64,000 nucleotides of DNA from Mobula hypostoma (GCF_963921235.1 NC_086097.1:243848001-243912000); one strand, 5' to 3'; counted from the stretch's first letter, positions 35,069-49,427 are shown. Notes: generated by a model not told the origin, from the sequence alone. Program-made: numbers and translations.

Positions 35069-37193
35069 CTGAGATGAGAGTGGACATAGGACGGCTAGAA
35101 AATGAGGCTGGAGAAATAATAATGAGGGCCAAGGAGATGGCAGATGACTAAATGAGTATTGTAAGACATAAGTCATAGGAGCAGAATTAGACCATTCAGC
35201 CCATCAAGTCTGCTCCACCATTCCATCATACCTGATCCTAGATCCCACTGAACCCATACACACGGGCTTTCTCGACATATTGTTAGATGCCCTGACAAAT
35301 CCGGAAACGATAAACTTCTGCCTTAATTATATCCATGGACTTGGCCTCCACTGCAGTCTGTGGCACAGCATTCCACAGGTTCACTACTCTCTGGCTAAAA
35401 AAATTCCTCCTTACCTCTGTTTCAAAGGGTCACACCACAATTTTGAAGTTGTGCCGTTTAGTTCTGGATATCCCCACCATAGGAAACATCCTCTCCACAT
35501 CCACCCTCTCTAGTCCTTTTAACAGTCTTTGCATCAATCTTCGCAGTGGAAGACACTAGCAGTGTGCCAGATGTTGAAGGGTGTGAGGGAAGAGAAGTGA
35601 GTGCAGTTACTATTACAAGGGAGAAGGTGCTCAAAAAGCTGAAAGACCTAAGGGTACATAAGCCACCCAAACCAGATGTTCTGCATGCTAAGATTCTGAA
35701 AGAGGTAGCAGTGGAGATTATGGAGGCATTAGTAATGATCTTTCAAAAATCATTAGACTCTGGCATGGTGCCAGAGGACTGGAAAATTGCAAATGTCACT
35801 CCACTCTTCAAGAAAGGAAGAAGGCAGCAGAAAGGAAATTATAGACCAGTTAGCCTGACCACAGTGGTCAGAAAAATGTTGGAGTCAATTGTTAAGGATG
35901 AGGTTATAGAGTATTTTGTGACACAAGACAAGATAGGACAAAATCAGCATAGTTTTCTTGAAGGAAAATCCTGTTGGAATTCTTTGTGGAGATTACATGT
36001 AGGATAGATAAAGGGGATGCAGTGGATGTTGTATATTTGAACTTTCAGAAGGCCTTTGACAGGGTGCCACACATGAGGCTGCATCCCAAGTTAAGGGCCC
36101 ATGGTATTACAGGAAAGTTACTGGCATGGTTAGAGCATTGGATGATTGTTAGGAGGCAGTGAGTGGGACTAAAAGGATCCTTTTCTGGTTTGTTACCAGT
36201 AACTAGTGGTGTCCCATAGGGGTCGGTGTTGGGACCACTTCTTTTTATGCTGTATATAAATGATTTAGATGGTGGAATAGTTGGCTTTGTTGCCAAGTTT
36301 GCAGATGATATGAAGATTGGTGGAGGGGCAGGTAGTGTTGAGGAAACAGGTAGGATGCAGAAAGACTTGGGCAGTTTAAGAGAATGGGCAAGGGAGTAGC
36401 AAATAAATACAATGTTGGAAAATGCATGGTCATGCACTTTGGTAGTAGAAATAAATGTGCAGACTATTTTCTAAATGGGCAGAAAATCCAAAAACCTGAG
36501 ATACAGAGGGAGTTGGGAGTCCTTGTGCAGAAAACCCTGAAGGTTAACTTGCAGGTAGAGTCAGTGGTGAGGAAGGCAGATGCAATGTTAGCATTCATTA
36601 CAAGAGGTCTAGAATACAAGAGCAAGGATGTGATGCTGGGGCTTTATAAGGCACTGGTAAGGCCTCACCTTGAGTATTATGAACAGTTTTGGGGTCCTTA
36701 TCTAAGAAAAGATGTGCTGGCATTGGATAGCATTCCAAGGCAGTTCACATGGATGATTCTGGGAATGAAAGGGTTATCATATGAGAAAAGTTGGGTTTGT
36801 ACTCACTGGAATTTAGAAGGATGTGGGGAGATCTCATTGAAACCTTTTGAACATTGGAAGGCCTAAACAGAGTAGGTGTGGAAAGGATGTTTCCCATGGT
36901 GGGAAAGTCTAGGACAAGAGGGCATAGCCTCAGGATAGAGGGGTGTCCATTTAATACAGAGATACAGAGAAATTTCTTTAGCCAGAGGGTGGTGAATTTG
37001 TGGAATTTATTACCACAAGCAGCTGTGGAGGCTGGGTGTATTTAAAGCAAGTTTCATAGAACATGGCATCAAAGGTTACGAGGAGAAGGTCAGGGAGTGG
37101 GGCTGAGAAAGGGAAAACAGGATCAGTTATTATTGAATGGCAGAGCAGACGATGGGCCAAATGGCCTAATTCTACTCCCATATCTTATGGTCT
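35069..37193 (+). mobile_element. Degenerate CR1 ORF2, interrupted by an antisense CR1 tail (35162-35525)
   Basis: NYRPVSLT, FQKAFDRVPH, LVRPHLEY, RTRGHSLRIEG in successive frames. Confidence 0.9.
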
Positions 37194-37609
37194 TTGTTCT
37201 AGGATTCGGACATCCAATTGAGCATCAAAGTTTCCCAGCACCTCACACTTAAAAACAAACACGCAGCACATTTTTTCACATTGCCGTGGTCTTGCCCATC
37301 CACTCCCTAATTTTGTGAGTAAATTCCAAGGCATACCCACATAATCACAGCAAACTCTTCCACCATGGCAGGTTTGTGAATATGCATTTGTGCTTCAAAC
37401 ACTGGAGTTGTTTTAGGAATATTTTTCTTCTGAAGAAAGTTTGAACGACCTAGGGCTTTTCTCTTAGGAGCAACAGAAAATGATTTCAGGACGAGCAAAG
37501 GAAAGCTAATGAGAGATATATATCAGAGGAAGGTAGAGTAATATGCACTGCCAAGGGTAGCTGAAATAATAGAGACATTCACAATACTCAGGCAATTCCT
37601 TGAAGATTG

Positions 37610-38182
37610 ATGCAAGCGAGCCTCCCCCCACACCTTAACTGCGTTTTGCAGGAGCGTTATAGACAGCGTCCTGACAAGTTGCATCTCTAGCTGGTATGGG
37701 AGCAGCCGAGCATCGGGAGTCCCTACAAAGGACTGAGAGAACAGCTGAGATGATCATCGGGGTCAGCCTGCCGTCCTTAGGGGACATTTACCAGGAGATC
37801 TGCATGTGTAAGGCCCCTAGTATTATCAAGGATCTTGTCCATCCATCCAACATCCTCTTTGACGTTCTACCATCAGGCAGGAGATTCTGATGCATGAAAA
37901 CAAGAACGGTCACAATGGGAGGCAGCTTCCCCTGCCCCCCCCAGGCCATTAGGCTTCTGAACATCCTGCCACATCATGTTTGAAGTGTCGCTGGTTAATC
38001 TGTTCCGTACATTTCCATATTTAATATTGATGCACCTTAGTTTGTTATATATGTGTGATTCATCTGTAGATTTTATCCTTACCTTCATAAGTTATCGTAT
38101 GTTATGTATACTACTGTACACCCTGGTTCAGAGAAATGTATCATTTCTATATGCATTGAATGATTATATATTATATGCCTGT
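37610..38182 (+). mobile_element. Rex1-type LINE 3' fragment
   Basis: LQRT.RTAE.IIGVSLPSL.DIY...C..KA.SIIKD..HP...LF..LPSGRR. Confidence 0.8.
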
Positions 38183-39140
38183 ATAGAAACATAGAAAACC
38201 TACAGCATAATACAAGCCCTTCGGCCCACAAAGCTGTGCTGAACATATCCCTACCTTAGAACTACCTAGGCTTACCCATAGCCCTCTATTTTAAGCTCCA
38301 TGTATCTATCCAGGAGTTTCTTAAATGACCCTATTGTATCCACTTCCACCACAGTTGCTGGCAGCCCATTCCACGCACTCACCACTCTCTGCGTAAAAGA
38401 CTTAGCCCTGACATCTCCTCTGTACCTACTTTCAACCACCTTAAAACTATGCCCTTGTGCTAGCCATTTCAGCCCTAGGGAAAGGACTCTGACTATCCAC
38501 ATGATCAATGCCTCTCATCATCTTGTACACCTCTATCAGGTCACCTCTCATCCTCCGTCGCTTCAAGGAGAAAAGGCTGAGTTCACTCAACCTATTCTCA
38601 TAAGACATGCTCCCCGATCCAGGCAACATCCTTGTAAATCTCCTCTGCACCCTTTCTATGGTTTCCACGTAATTCCTGTAGTGAGGTGACCAGAACTGAG
38701 CACAGTACCCCAAGTGGGGTCTAACCAGGGTCCTATATAGCTGCAACATTACCTCTCAGCTCTTAAACTCAATCCCACGATTGATGAAGGCCAATACACT
38801 GTATACCTTCTTAACCACAGAGTCAACCTGCGCAGCAGCTTTGAGTGTCCTATGGACTCGGACCCCAAGATCCCTCTGATCCTCCACGCTGCCAAGAGTC
38901 TTACCATTAATACTATATTCTGCCATCGTATTTGACCTACCAAAATGAACCACCTCATACTTATCTGGGTTGAACTCCATCTGCCACTTCTCAGCCCAGT
39001 TTTGCATCCTATCAATGTCCCGTTGTAACCTCTGACAGCCCTTCACACTATCCACAACACTCCCCAACCTTTGTGTCATCAGCAAATTTACTGGCCCATC
39101 CCTCCACTTCCTCATCTAGGTCATTTATAAAAACCACAAA
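38183..39140 (-). mobile_element. CR1 LINE 3' fragment
   Basis: Near-identical to 33353-34310. Confidence 0.93.
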
Positions 39141-41116
39141 TCTGAAAATAAAAATTGTTAGAGACAATATGCTTGACTTGACTTGATATCAGAAGATCTG
39201 TCCTGGGACCAGCACATAAGTGCCACAACAAGGAAGACACATCGACCCTAATTTTCTTCAAAGTTTGTGCATATTTGGCATGTCATCGAAAACATTGACA
39301 AACTTCTATAGATGCACACTGCAGAGTACCCTGACTGGTTGCGTCACAGCCTGGTATGGAAATACCAATGACTAAAAATAGAAAAACCTTTAAAAAGTTA
39401 CAGAAGCAGCCCAGTCATTCACAGTAAAAGTCATCTCCACCATTGAGCATATCTACACAGAGTACAAGTTGAAAGTTCAAAGTAAATATCGAAGTAGTTA
39501 AGCAGCCCGGAGATACAGTACCTGCAGGTACCTACTGGAAAGCAAAGACACACAATAGAATCCACAAGAAACCAAAGACTGACAAGTATCCAATGAGATT
39601 CATTTTCTTGCAGGCATTCACAGTAGAACAAAGAAATATAATTGAATCAATGAAAAACTACACACAAACATCCAATGTGTAAAAGGGGACAAACTGTGCA
39701 AATAATAAATACTGAGCACTTGAGCAGCAGAGTCCCTGAAAGTGAATGCACATGGTGCGGAATCAGTTAGACGCTGAGGCGAGTGGAGTTAGTGCAGGGG
39801 CCCAATACTGCGGGGCATCAACTGTTCCCGAAGCTGGTGGCGTGGGACCCAAGACTCCTGCGCTGACCACCCGATGGTGGTAATGAGAAGAGGGGGAGAC
39901 AGGTCCAACTTCAGCAGACAGGACAGGCCCAGGTGTGGACTTTGGCTGGCACAGAGTAGTGGGGCTGGACACCAGTTCGTTTTCCAATTTCGGGCCACAA
40001 CGCTTTAATCTGACTAAACCCTATAATCGGCGCCCTCTCACCTGGCGATGGCCGACACTCGTCCACTGAATTCCTGAGAGTCAAGTTTGCCAAGTCCTTC
40101 AGGAGATTGTAAAATCACTAGTCGTTTAGATGGTTCAGAAGTGTAAGACCATAAGGCATTGGAGCAGAATTACACCATTCAGTCTGCTGCACCATACTCA
40201 TCACGGCTGACAGAGCATCCCTCTCCTGCCTTTTCTCTGTAATCTTTGACACCCCAACTAATCAAGAAACTACCAACCTCTGCACTGAACATACTCATAA
40301 CGACTTGGACTCCACAGCCCTAAACTGTGGCAATGAATTCAGTAGATTCACTGCCCTCTGGTATTAGACTCCCCCACTATAAGACACATCCCCTCCGCAT
40401 TCACCCAGTCTAGGCCTTTCAATATTCGATGTGTTTCAATGTGACACCCACTCATGATTCTAAACTCCGGTGAGTACAGCCCAGAGCCTTCAAATACCCC
40501 TCACATGTTAACCCTTTCATTCCTGGAGTCATTCCCACAAACCTCCTCTGGACTCTCTCTAATGCCCGCACATCTTTTATCTACCTATTGATTTATTGAG
40601 ATACAGCGAGGAACAGGCTCTTCTGGCCTTCGAGCCACACCCCCAGCAATCCTAGCCTAATTACAGGACAATTTACAATGACCAATTAACCTACCAGCTA
40701 GTACCTCTTTGGAATGTGGGAGGAAACCAGAGCACCCGGAGGAAACCCATGCAATCACAGGGAGAACATACAAACTCCAGCAGTGGGATAAGTTCTGGTC
40801 GCTCCTGTTTTTGATGCTATTTTTGGGCGATTTTTGAATCGGAGTGGCCTACAGACAATGAACACAGAGCTGAGCCGGAAAATGCCTTTTGATTTTGTGA
40901 CTTATATTCTGCATTTTTGTTCGATTTGTTTTGTTGCACAATTTTTGTTTGCGCGTGGTTGGGTGGGGGGGGGTGGTTGATGCTTTTCTTTTGACAGGTT
41001 GGTTCCACAGTTCTTTGTTTCGTGGCTGTCTGTGAGGGAGACAAACCTCAGGGTTGTATACTATACATACTTTGATCATAAATGTACCTTGAACCCTCGA
41101 ATCTTTGAATGTGGGA

Positions 41117-41785
41117 GGAAGAGAAGATGGCGGCGGGATGGCAGCGCGCGCGGTCACTTCGGTGGTGATGTCTGTTATCTGTCAAGTAGGGGACCGTGCA
41201 CAATTCTGATTTGATGGAGACAGATGTGAGAGCACGGAGGAACATCTGGAAAACTTCTGAAATGCCCACTTCGCTGCCGCTGCTACTGTGTGGTAACCGG
41301 AAACTCCGGAGCTGAAGGCCCTGAAATCCTCGGCTTTGCGTGTTTCAGCGGCTGGGGAGAGGTCAAAGGCGCTCGGCAGAGGATGGCACTTGGGAGGCTG
41401 GTCAGAAGCTTGAAGCTTTCGGATGGATGGACTCAGTGTCGGCTGTGGACGGCTGGTTCCAGGGTATCGGCAAGTTGACGGTGACTGGAGGTTTATGGCA
41501 GGGAGTTTCTCCCTTTTGCCGCCTGCTATCAGGGACTCGGGAGTCAATCGACTCAGGGACTTTGAGACTTTTGTTTACTGTGCCCATGGTCTGTTCTTTG
41601 TCAAATTATGGTCTTGCTTTGCATTGCTCTAACTATATGTTATAATTATATGGTTCTGTCAGTGTTAGTCTTTGGTTTGTCCTTTTTTCTGTGATATCAC
41701 TCCGGAGAAACATTGTATCATTTCTTAATGCATGTACGCATTTCTAAATGACAATAAAAGAGGACTGAGTGTTTTCATAATCTTA
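41117..41785 (+). mobile_element. About 670-bp non-autonomous LINE derivative with a YY1-like 5' end
   Basis: Starts gagaagatggcggc, CpG-rich, ends caataaa...cataatct; inverted sister copy at 49428-50107 and a 5' fragment at 19357-19430. Confidence 0.7.
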
Positions 41786-42446
41786 AAAAAACTGCTCACA
41801 ACCATCCGAGTATGGTCTGACCAATACTTTACAAAGCCTTTGGCATTACATCTTTGCTTTGATATTCCAGTCCTCTGAAAATGAATACTAACATTGCATT
41901 TTCCGCCTTTACCACTGACTTAGGTTGTAAGCTAACCTTTAGAAAATCAGGTTAGTCTCTGTGGGTCTGTTTCATTGCTCCCACACCGTAAGCTGCCCAG
42001 CATGTACTGTGGGTAACATGACTCAGTAAAAATGTCCAAACATACTACTCCATTTTTGTTTTCACTCTGTGCATATGTAACATCGGGTATCTTCAAAGAG
42101 CAATAGCTCAAAAAGGGCCTCCATCACCCAGGACATGCCCTCTTATTGCTACAACAGAGGAGGAGGTACAGGAGCGGGAAGACGTAGACTGAATGTTTCT
42201 GGAACCTCTTCTTCCGCTCTGACATCCGATTTCTGAATGGACTTTGAACTCATGAACATTACCTCAGAACTTTTTATCTTAATTTAACATTTTTAATATA
42301 TATATATCTACTTACTATAATTTATAGTTTTTATTATTTTGTATTGCATTGTACTGCTGCAGTACAACTACAAATTCCATCATATATACTGGTGATGTTA
42401 AACCTGATTCTGATTCTGAAAACCTATTGCACTGCAAACCAGAATT

Positions 42447-42685
42447 GGGGCAGCATGGTAACGTGCCTCTATTACTGTGCCAGTGACCCAGGTTCAATTC
42501 CCGCCACTGTCTGTAAGGAGCCTGTACGTTCTTCCCTGTGACCGTTTGGGTTTCCTCCGGGTGCCCTGGTTTCCTCTCATATTCCAAAGATGTACGGGTT
42601 AGTAAGTTAATTGGTCACATGGGTGTAATTGGGCAGCGTAGACATGCTGAGCCCAAAGAGCCTGTTACCGCCCTGTATCTCTGAA
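42447..42685 (+). mobile_element. V-SINE (HE1-like)
   Basis: ggggcagcatggta head, ggttcaattcc B-box, V-core. Confidence 0.8.
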
Positions 42686-44206
42686 TACAGTGAAGTAAAA
42701 AATAGACTTCTACCCCTTCATCTTTCCTTTGGTGGCATATGAATGAACTTCATAGAAACATAGAAAACCTACAGCACAATACAGGCCCTTCGGCCCACAA
42801 TGCTGTGCCGAACATGTACTTACTTCAGAAATTACCTAGGGTTACCCATTACCTTCAGCTTGTAATGGTTAGACCATTAGACATAGGAGCAGAATTAGGC
42901 CATTTGGCCCATCAAGACTGTTCCTACATTCCATCATGGCTGATTTAATTAAACCTATCAACCTCATTCTCTCGCCCTCTCCCTATAGCCTTTGACACCC
43001 TTACTAATCAAGAACCTATCAACCTTGGTTGGTCAATTTTAGGTTGCAATATTTATCGTGCAATGACTTTTGCAGAAATAAATTTTTACTTTACACATTT
43101 ATATTCATGCACTTTTGCTTTTGTGTTTAATGGGAAGAGAATGAATTTGAAATGAGATGTTCTGTAATTCATTTCAATAAAAATAATAACTTATTTCTAG
43201 AGCACTTTTCATACATATGATGCAGTTCAATGTGCTTTACAATCGGATAAAAGTACAAAGATGAAAAAAGACAATAAGATGTAAGTTAAAAAGAAAGTTA
43301 AAATAAATAGTTTTTGAGCTGGTGTTCAATAGTGTCAACCAAGTCTGTATCCCTACTAGTTACAGGTATTCAGTTTTACAGTTCAGGAGTGTAGTTAAAA
43401 ACAAACGTGACCTGCGAATTATCTTTTGAGGGAATTTGTTTAAATTTAAGAGTTCAGTGTTCAGAAGGTCTCCTTTCATGTGTGTGTGTTACAAAATAAA
43501 CACATTCATCAAGAAAAATATCTGTTTTTTTCTGTCTGAACATTTGGTTCTACTGTAAACGGACAGAATATCTGAATAATTTAATCAGACAATCATTTGA
43601 TCTGAATGTTGAATATGAAGATAATATCTCACATTATAAAAGGCAATGATATGAGCAATGTTTTTGTAAGCACCCATAATATATCTACACAAATGTCATG
43701 GGAATATTGATTCTAACATACACACAGAAGTGATACTGGGCTACAATATTACTTCCTTTCTAATCATCAGCTATTTAAAATTCAAAGCACAATGTTCAAC
43801 GTACATTTATTATCAAAGTGTGCATATGTCACCAAATACTACCCCACGATTCATTCACAGGCAGGCATTCACAGTAGAACAAATAAATACAACAGAATCA
43901 ATGAAAAACTGCACACAGGTGACAAGCCACCATTGTGCAAAAGGCAACAAGCTGTGCAAATATAAAATAATAAGTAAATAAGTGGTTAATGCTGGGAACA
44001 TGAGTTGTAGATTCCTTGAAAATGAGCCCATGGGTTGTGTTCAGTGATCAGTGCTGTACTGTGGTGAGTGAAGTTGTCCACTCTGCTTCAGGAAGCTGAT
44101 TTCTGAAGGGTACTAACTGTTGCTGAACCTGGTGGTGTGGGACCTAAGACTCCTACATCTCCTTCCTGATGCAGGGAGCAAGAAGAGGGCATGGTCTGGA
44201 TGGTGG

Positions 44207-45016
44207 TGTCATGGTCCGGATTGGGTTCCCTTTAAATTTACTTTGTTTGTGTTACGATCCGGACCGTTGACTCCCTGTTTCCCTTTGGTTCCCTGTTTTC
44301 CCATGTTCCTCAGGCTTGGTGATTGGATGCAATTTACTCTCGGTTGAACTGGCAGTTTATAGTCTCCGGCTTTCAGCCGTTCGGCGCGAGAGCGTTACGA
44401 AGTCACCGAAGGTAGTGCGAGCCAATGTCATCTGGCCGGAGCCAACTAAGTTTCTTGCTGGAGCAAGCCTAGTCTCCTCCCGAAGCAGGTGCCAGCAAGC
44501 CGCCCTCCCTTGTCAGTACGGGTCAGTCAAAGTTAACCCGCTGGGGGTGAGTCAAGAGCTCGCCGCGGCTTGGAGCGTACTTGAGCCCAGTTATAGTTCT
44601 GTTCATCGTTGTGTGGTCTCCGTATCCATGTCGTGCGTCTAAAAGGGGTCCCGGCCCTGTACCCTGGAAGGGTCCTGACCCCGCGTCAAGAAGAGTCTCG
44701 ACCCCGTCCTATGTCTAAGGAGGATTCCCGGCTCAGTGTTTTATGTACTGTGTCTAAGTCTGTCCAATGAATAAGAAGAGTTCCTGGCTCCAGAGGTTCC
44801 AAGTATCAAGTCCTGACCCTGGAGGTCCATGATTCCGAGTCCTAGCCCAGACCCTTCGTCCCAGCCTAGTCCAAGGCCTGAGTCTTTGCCCATTACGCTA
44901 TCCCTGCTTCTGCTTTGCTCTCCTTGTATCGAGCAATAAACTCAATTTAAGTTAACCTCACAAGCTGTGTCTTGCATTTGGGTCCACCCTTGCTCCCAGC
45001 ACCCCCCTTTGTGACA
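44207..45016 (+). mobile_element. Solo LTR, 810 bp
   Basis: TGTCA...TGACA ends, perfect 5-bp TSD ggtgg (44202-44206, 45017-45021), AATAAA at 44935-44940, inserted in a Rex1-type fragment. Confidence 0.9.
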
Positions 45017-45273
45017 GGTGGGGGTCCTTGATGATGGGTGCTCCTTTCTTATGACAGCGCTTTTTAAAGCACTCTTCCTTTATTCAAGCATAGTAAAAAG
45101 TGGAGTTGAGCACGAGTGACAAAAGTCCCTTTTGCTTTTAAGAAGTGTAATAAAACATTGTTTATGAATGTAAGAATGAAAAGGTATTGCAGGTTTAATA
45201 TACTTTTTTCCCTCTGAATCAAGTTTATTTTGGACTAAAAAATGTTTTCTGTTAATTTGTAACATTCGTTCCT

Positions 45274-45529
45274 TGTGATGTTTTGTAACTCCAAAACATA
45301 AAAATCAATTAAAAGAAAAACACAGAGCCAGGAAATAATCGTGTAAGATTAGTTCCATTTTTACATTAAGTGAGGCTCGCATGTATCACGTGGTATTGTC
45401 ATGACATATGCAATTCACGTAGTTTTAGATATAACCCGTAATGAATTATTTAAACAGATAACAAATGCCTATTCAAACAATATATTCACAAGAGTTCTCT
45501 AATATGACTGAAATATTAAATACAAAGCA
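45274..45529 (-). mobile_element. Probable old solo LTR, related to 961-1549
   Basis: Shared aagtgagg..gca.gtatca.gtgg, tgcaat.cacgta and ctgaaatattaaataca blocks; TG...CA ends. Confidence 0.5.
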
Positions 45530-46054
45530 TTTGAACCCCAGCTTGCTGTTACTTAACGGGCACCTTGAGGTGTGGATTAATAAATCCCTAGAAAGAATGG
45601 TGAGGAAGGCATATGGGAGACATTCTATGGTGGCGTGGCAGGGATGTCATTGAGTTATAAGGCACCACAGCACAGAAAATGGCCATTCTGCCCATCTATA
45701 TAGTCCATGCCTAACTTACTCTGCTTAGTCCCATTGATCTACACCTGGACCATAGCCCTCCATACCCCTGCCATCCATGTACCTATCCAAACCTCTCTCC
45801 AATGTTGCCATCAAACCCACATCCAACACTTCTGCAGGCACACTATCACCACACTCTGAGTGAAGAAGTTTCCCCCTCATGTTTCCTTGAAATATTTCAC
45901 CTTTCACCCTTAACCCATAACCTCCAGTCTCACCTGACCTCAGTGGAAAAAGCATGCTTGCATTTACCTTGTCTATACCCCTCATAATTCTGCAGTTCTC
46001 TGCCAAATCTTGCCCCATTCTCCAATGCTCCAGGAAATTAAGTCCTAACCTGGG

Positions 46055-46792
46055 GCACAGAGGAGTGGGGTAGAACAAAGGGATTTGGGAATACAGGTCC
46101 ATAATTCATTGAAAGTGGCATCACAGGTAGATAGGGTCATAAAGAAAGCTTTTGGCACATTGGCCTTCATAAATCAATGTATTGAGTACAGGAGCTGGGA
46201 TATTATGTTGAAGTTGTATGAGATGTTGGTGAGGCCTAACTTGGAGTATTATGTGCAACTTTGGCCACCTAGCTACAAGAAAGGTGTAAATAAGTTTGAA
46301 AGAGTACAGAGAAAATTTACAAAGATCTTGCCAGGTCTGGAGGACCTGAATTATAAGGAAAGATTGAATAGGTTAGGACTGTATTCTTTAGAAAGTAGAA
46401 GATTGAGAGGAGATTTGATAGAGGTGTATAAAATTATGAAGGGTATAGATAAGATAAATGCAAGCAGGATTTTTCCACTGAGGTTGGGTGGAACTTCAAC
46501 AAGAGGCCAAGGATTAAGGGTGAAAGGTGAGAAGTTTAAGGGGAACATGAGCGGAAACTTCTTCACTCAGAGGGTTATGAAAGTGTGGAATGAGCTGCCA
46601 GCACAGGAATGAGGTGCATGCGAGCTCATGTTCAAGAGAAGTCTGGATAGGTACATGGATAGCAGAGGTACAGAGGGCTATGGACCTGGTGCGGGTCGAT
46701 GGGAGTAAGCAGTTTAAATGTTTTCCGCTTGAACTAGATGGGCTGAACAACCTGTTTCTATACTGTACTTTTCTATGACTCCATAACTCTAT
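46055..46792 (+). mobile_element. CR1 3' fragment inserted in an antisense CR1 (45660-46912)
   Basis: ORF 46085-46612 with LVRPNLEY, RRLRGDLIEVYKIM, FFTQRV..WNELP. Confidence 0.88.
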
Positions 46793-47651
46793 AACCTATT
46801 TAACCTTTCCCTAGTCCTCAACTCCTGGTTGGTAACATGCTTGTAAATTTTCTCTGCAGTATTTCATTTTTAATGAATTCTTTCCTGTAGGTAGGTGACC
46901 AAAACTGCACATTAAGAATAAAAAAGGTAATGCACAGTCCCATAGCCTTCTGTCCTCTTCTATCAGACACCCTGACCTCCAGCCCTGTATCTCTTTCACC
47001 AATCAACTTCCCAGCTCTTTACTTCATTGCTTGCTCTTCAGGTTTCACCTATCACCTTGAGTTTCTCCCTCCCCTCCCTCCACCTTTTAAATCTACTCCT
47101 CAGCTTTCTTTTCTCCATTCCTGCTGAAAGGTCTCATCCTGAAACGTCGACTGTTCACTCTTTTCCGTAGATGCTGCCTGGCCTGCTGAATTCCTCCAGC
47201 ATTGTGTGTGTGTTGCTTGGATTTCCAGCATCTGCAGATTTTCCCTTGTTCACTCAGTTTGTTCCTGTATTTTTTTTTATTTTGACTGAAGTTTATTTTG
47301 ATATACATACGTAAGAATTTGAGTGACATGGAAAAAGCAGCAGGGACCCGTGTCACAGTTCATCCCGAGCTGCTGGATACGCAGGACTGTCTGACCTACC
47401 AGCTGTTACCAGGGGGACACACATCAAGTGCCACTGGCAGTTCATCAGCTGGGCAAAAGACGCCTTTTGGTCTAGCCGAAAGTTGTTGCTCTGCCAGCAC
47501 ATTGAGATGCCCATGGAAGAATGCCACCGAATGGCAGATTCCAGGCGGCAGCAGGACTCTATGTACTGTCAGAATCAGAATCAGGTTTAATAACACCAGC
47601 ATATGTTGTGAAATTTGTTAACTTTATGGCAGCAGTACAATGCAACACATG

Positions 47652-49143
47652 ATAGAAACATAGAAAACCTACAGCCCAATACAGGCCCTTCAGCCCACAA
47701 TGCTATGCCGAACATGTACTTACTTTAGAAATTACCCATGGTTACCCATAGCCCTCTATTTTTCTAAGCTCCATGTACCTCTCCATGAGTCTCTGAAAAG
47801 ACCCTATTGTATCCACCTCCACCACCGTCACAGCAGCCCATTCCACACACTCACCACTCCCTGCGTAAAAAACTTACCCCTGACATCTCCTCTGTACCTG
47901 CTTACAAGCACCTTAAACCTGTGCCCTCTTGTGTTAGCCATTTCAGCCCTGGGAAAAGGCCTCTGACTATCCACATGATCAATGCCTCTCATCGTCTTAT
48001 ACACCTCTATCAGGTCACCTCTCATCCTCCGTCACTCCAAGGAGAAAAGGCAAAGTTTACTCAACCTATTCTCACAATGTATGCTCCCCAATCCAGGCAA
48101 CATCCTTGTAGATCTCCTCTGCACCCTTTCTATAGTTTCCACATCCTTCCTGTAGTGAGGCGACCAGAACTGAGCACAGTACTCCAAGTGGGGCCTGACC
48201 AGGGTCCTATACAGCTGCAACATTACCTCTCGGCTCTTAAACTCTATCCCACAGTTGATAAAGGCTAATACACAGTATGCCTTCTTAACCACAGTGTCAA
48301 CCTGCACAGCTGCTTTGAACGTCCTATGGACTCAGACCCCAAGATCCCTCTGATCCTCCACACTGCCAAGAGTCTTACCATTAATGCTATACTCTGCCAT
48401 CATATTTGATCTACCAAAATGAACCACTTCACACTTATCTGGGTTGAACTGCATCTGCCTCTTCTCAGCCCAGTCTTGCATCCTATCGATGTCTTACTGT
48501 AACCTCTGACAGCCCTCCACGTTATCCACAACGCCCCCAACCTTTGTGTCATCAGCAGATTTACTAACCCATCCCTTCACTTCCTCATCCAGGTTATTTA
48601 TAAAAATCACAAAGAGTAGGGGTCCCAGAACAGATCCCTGAGGCACACCACGGGTCACCGACCTCCATGCAGAATATGACCCGTCTACAAACACTCTTTG
48701 CCTTCTGTGGGCAAGCCAGTTCTGGATCCACAAAGCAATGTCCCCTTGGATCCCATGCCTCCTTACTTTCTCAATAAGCCTAGCATGGGGTGCCTTGTCA
48801 AATGCCTCGCTGAATCCATATACACTACATCTACTGCTCTTCCTTCATCAATGTGTTTAGTCACATCCTCAAAAAATTTAATCAGGCTCGTAAGTCTTGA
48901 CCTGCCTTTGACAAAGCCATGCCCATGCTGACTATTCCTAATCATATTATGCCTCTCAAGATGTTCGTAAATCCTGCCTCTCAGGATCTTCTCCATCAAC
49001 TTGCCAACCACTGACGTAAGACTCACTGGTCTATAATTTCCTGAGCTATCCCTACTCCCTTTCTTGAATAAGGGAACAACATCAGCAACACTCCAATCCT
49101 CCGGAACCTCTCCCATCCTCATTGATGATGCAAAGATCATTGA
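47652..49143 (-). mobile_element. CR1 LINE 3' fragment with RT
   Basis: [27 protein letters not shown]. Confidence 0.93.
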
Positions 49144-49427
49144 TAATAGAGAAAAAAAACTGTGAATTACAGTAAATGTATATATATTAAATAGTTAAAT
49201 TAAGTAAGTAGTGCAAAAATAGAAAGGTAGCAAGGTAGTGTTCATGGGTTCAATGTCCATTCAGAAATCAGATGACAGAGGGGAAAAAGCTGTTCCTGAA
49301 TCACTGAGTGTGTGACTTCACACTTCTGTATCTCCTTCCTGGTGGTTGCAACGAGAACAAGGCTTGACCTAGGTGATGGAGGCCTTAATGATGGACGCCA
49401 CCTTTTTGAGACATTGCTCCTTGAAGA

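Noticed and set aside
37203..37314. Possible + strand exon ending at a gtgagt donor
   Set aside because: The acceptor is supplied by a CR1 tail and the longest frame stops before the donor
40040..40105. Possible minus-strand exon (ctcctgaag ... ccag|gtgaga)
   Set aside because: Weak acceptor, short, no recognisable peptide and opposite in strand to the better exon candidate
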